A stretch of DNA of 64,000 nucleotides from Lepidodermella squamata. Taxonomy: Eukaryota; Animalia; Gastrotricha. This document shows, in pieces, positions 62,263 through 64,000 of this stretch. The first letter of the stretch is position 1. The number at the start of each line of letters is the position of its first letter. The translations under genes and the position numbers were made by a program. Location of the stretch: the NCBI GenBank assembly GCA_047495785.1, contig JBLDXI010000017.1, positions 2,914,001 to 2,978,000 on the forward strand, in the 5' to 3' direction. The notes beneath the pieces are model-generated. The model searched no databases and was not told the origin of the DNA. It saw nothing but the letters and a program-made list of their open reading frames with translations.

Positions 62263-64000
62263 ATGCCCACAGATTTTGCATGGGTGTTGCCAACTTTGCT
62301 AATTGCATCATTTTATGGTAATTTTTTCGCATTTTTACTCGTCCAACTTAAGAGACCAGGCAATATTTTCAGCTGACGCGGTTCTTTGTTATTGCAATCC
62401 TGAATCTACGACCGTGGTTCGAGCCGGCCGCAATGAGTCATTTTTCATCTCAGGGCGGATCGGTATTAAATCGAACATAACCACACGGTGCTGGGTCGTT
62501 TTCTCGAATTCTCCCTTAAAGTATGACAATGAATTTTTCAGATTTCATTTTTGATTTCTTTTCAGATTGATTTTCACAGCGCTAGATACGCCCTGTGCAG
62601 ATGATGGAAACCAAGCTGTTCACGGCGTTACCATTTATGATGGCCGAACCACCGCTTCGCCGGTTGTAGTATCAATGTGCAACTCCACCTTAACTCCTCG
62701 TTACTTCTTCACGAAAGGCGATGCTTTCATTATTTTTACTAGCTCGCCGGGCAAAATCCACAGCGGTTTTAGGCTTCGGGCGAAAATGATACCCGTCGAC
62801 CAGTATCCGACGAACTCTATCAGCTACAACGACGTCAATCCTTGTAACGAAACCTTCATTGTCGCCCAGCCAAAAGGCATTATCCAAAATTACCGGAAAT
62901 CTGTCGACGGCAAATACAGATCTGATGAAAACTGTGCTTGGCAACTCGAAGGCCGAATAATGTATGAGCTAATTAACCAGTATTTTTCTAAATTAACACC
63001 TTTGAAAATAATATATAAGCTAGGCTAACAATTTTGTCTTTGGACATCGAACGAGGTGGAAAGTTGTGCGCAAACGATTCACTCATAATTGAAGAAATCG
63101 CGGAGAATGGATCGCTTGATCCTGTCGCTGTTCTCTGCGAACAGTCATCGCCCGTGCGAACTAAATATTACGCCTTAAATGGCGTTTTCCGCATTCATTT
63201 CAAAACTAACAGCCAAGTTGAACGAAAAGGCTTTTCTATCGCCTTTGATGTTAAACGTGAGTAGATTTTTTAAATTTATAGATCCATTTGCTATTTTAGC
63301 TATTTCAGCCTTCAACGCGATGCCTCGAATCATTGGAAAAATGGTGCCATGCGGCGGCGTCTACAACCTGACAGCGAAAACCAAGGAGCCAACGTCTTTG
63401 TTTTCCCAAGTTGAAGGGAAGATCGCCAGTTTGAAGCAACCGCGAATTCGGAGGAGCAGATATACCATTCCCGATCGCTGTTTGTGGGAAATCCGCTCCG
63501 ATTCACCCAATTTTTAGTAGGCATGACTTCAGGCTCAAATTCTATGTCATTTAAACTCAACTATTTAGCCTCCGACTCGCCATTATCCATCTTGCGGATG
63601 AAATGGATAAACTTACAATTTACAACGGCAACTACTCTACGTCAAGCAGCCGAGTCGTGCAATTGGCTGGGCCTTTGGCAACGGGTGATAATTCTTCATT
63701 TGCTAGACAGTGGTTCCAAGCGAGTGGTCCAGTACACGTCTTGCTGGAGACCGACCCCGAAAACGACGACACCGGATTTCTTTTGGAATACAGCCTATCA
63801 CGTAATTTTAATAAACCGAGAAGATTGTCCAAGTTCCTAAACCTAATTGCTTAGCCGATTTCTCTGGAATCAACTCGATCAACGGTGAGAGTGAACATCC
63901 ATGCCGAACCACAATCACAATCGATGTTGACGATGTGAAAGAGGGCTGCATCCGAAGTGGGCTGAGTAAAGCTTGGACCTATCGTCCGATGGAAAGGTGC
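62263..64000 (+). CDS. Secreted multi-CUB-domain protein, truncated by the window end
   Basis: Signal peptide MPTDFAWVLPTLLIA. CUB motifs VTIYDG..C..FIIFTS..SGF, YRSDENCAW, C.NDSLII..LC..IHFKTNSQVERKGF, CGGVY..CLWEI, CGXDKLTIYNG..VLLETD..DTGFLLEY. Confidence 0.85.

Noticed and set aside
1-64000. CRISPR arrays, rRNA, tRNA, SL RNA or prokaryotic systems
   Set aside because: The window is intron-containing metazoan DNA, and I saw no repeat-spacer array or recognisable structural RNA gene. A covariance-model search would be needed to exclude small ncRNAs.

Overview
This is eukaryotic, compact metazoan (invertebrate-like) genomic DNA with GT-AG introns of mostly 45-65 bp. I cannot name the species from this window. 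About 15 protein-coding genes can be reconstructed: a 20-exon Cys-loop ligand-gated ion channel; a tightly packed minus-strand run CCT5 > SGT1 > pelota; ECH1; a shortened polybromo; an APP-family gene; an Hlx/Dbx-class homeobox gene; a Flower-like membrane protein; a DUF4537/C11orf16-like Tudor-repeat protein; POLE4; an uncharacterised triple winged-helix-like protein; APC1; two trypsin-like proteases; and a multi-CUB protein running off the right edge. Mobile elements with readable ends are a piggyBac-type MITE (TTAA), a Mutator-like element carrying a C2H2 zinc-finger ORF inside a polybromo intron, a mariner MITE nested in a hAT MITE, and CR1-like and RTE/RTEX-like LINE fragments. Most of these sit in a TE island at about 44-49.6 kb. 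The strongest candidates for new biology are: (1) an operon-like, possibly trans-spliced proteostasis cluster CCT5-SGT1-PELO; (2) the young Pack-MULE-like element with a zinc-finger cargo; (3) polybromo with only three bromodomains; (4) a stand-alone protein made of three SMARCB1/PHF10-like winged-helix repeats; (5) two proteases with non-Arg activation sites, one with a motif-repeat Pro/Tyr-rich N-terminus. All homology calls are by eye and from memory; no database search was run.
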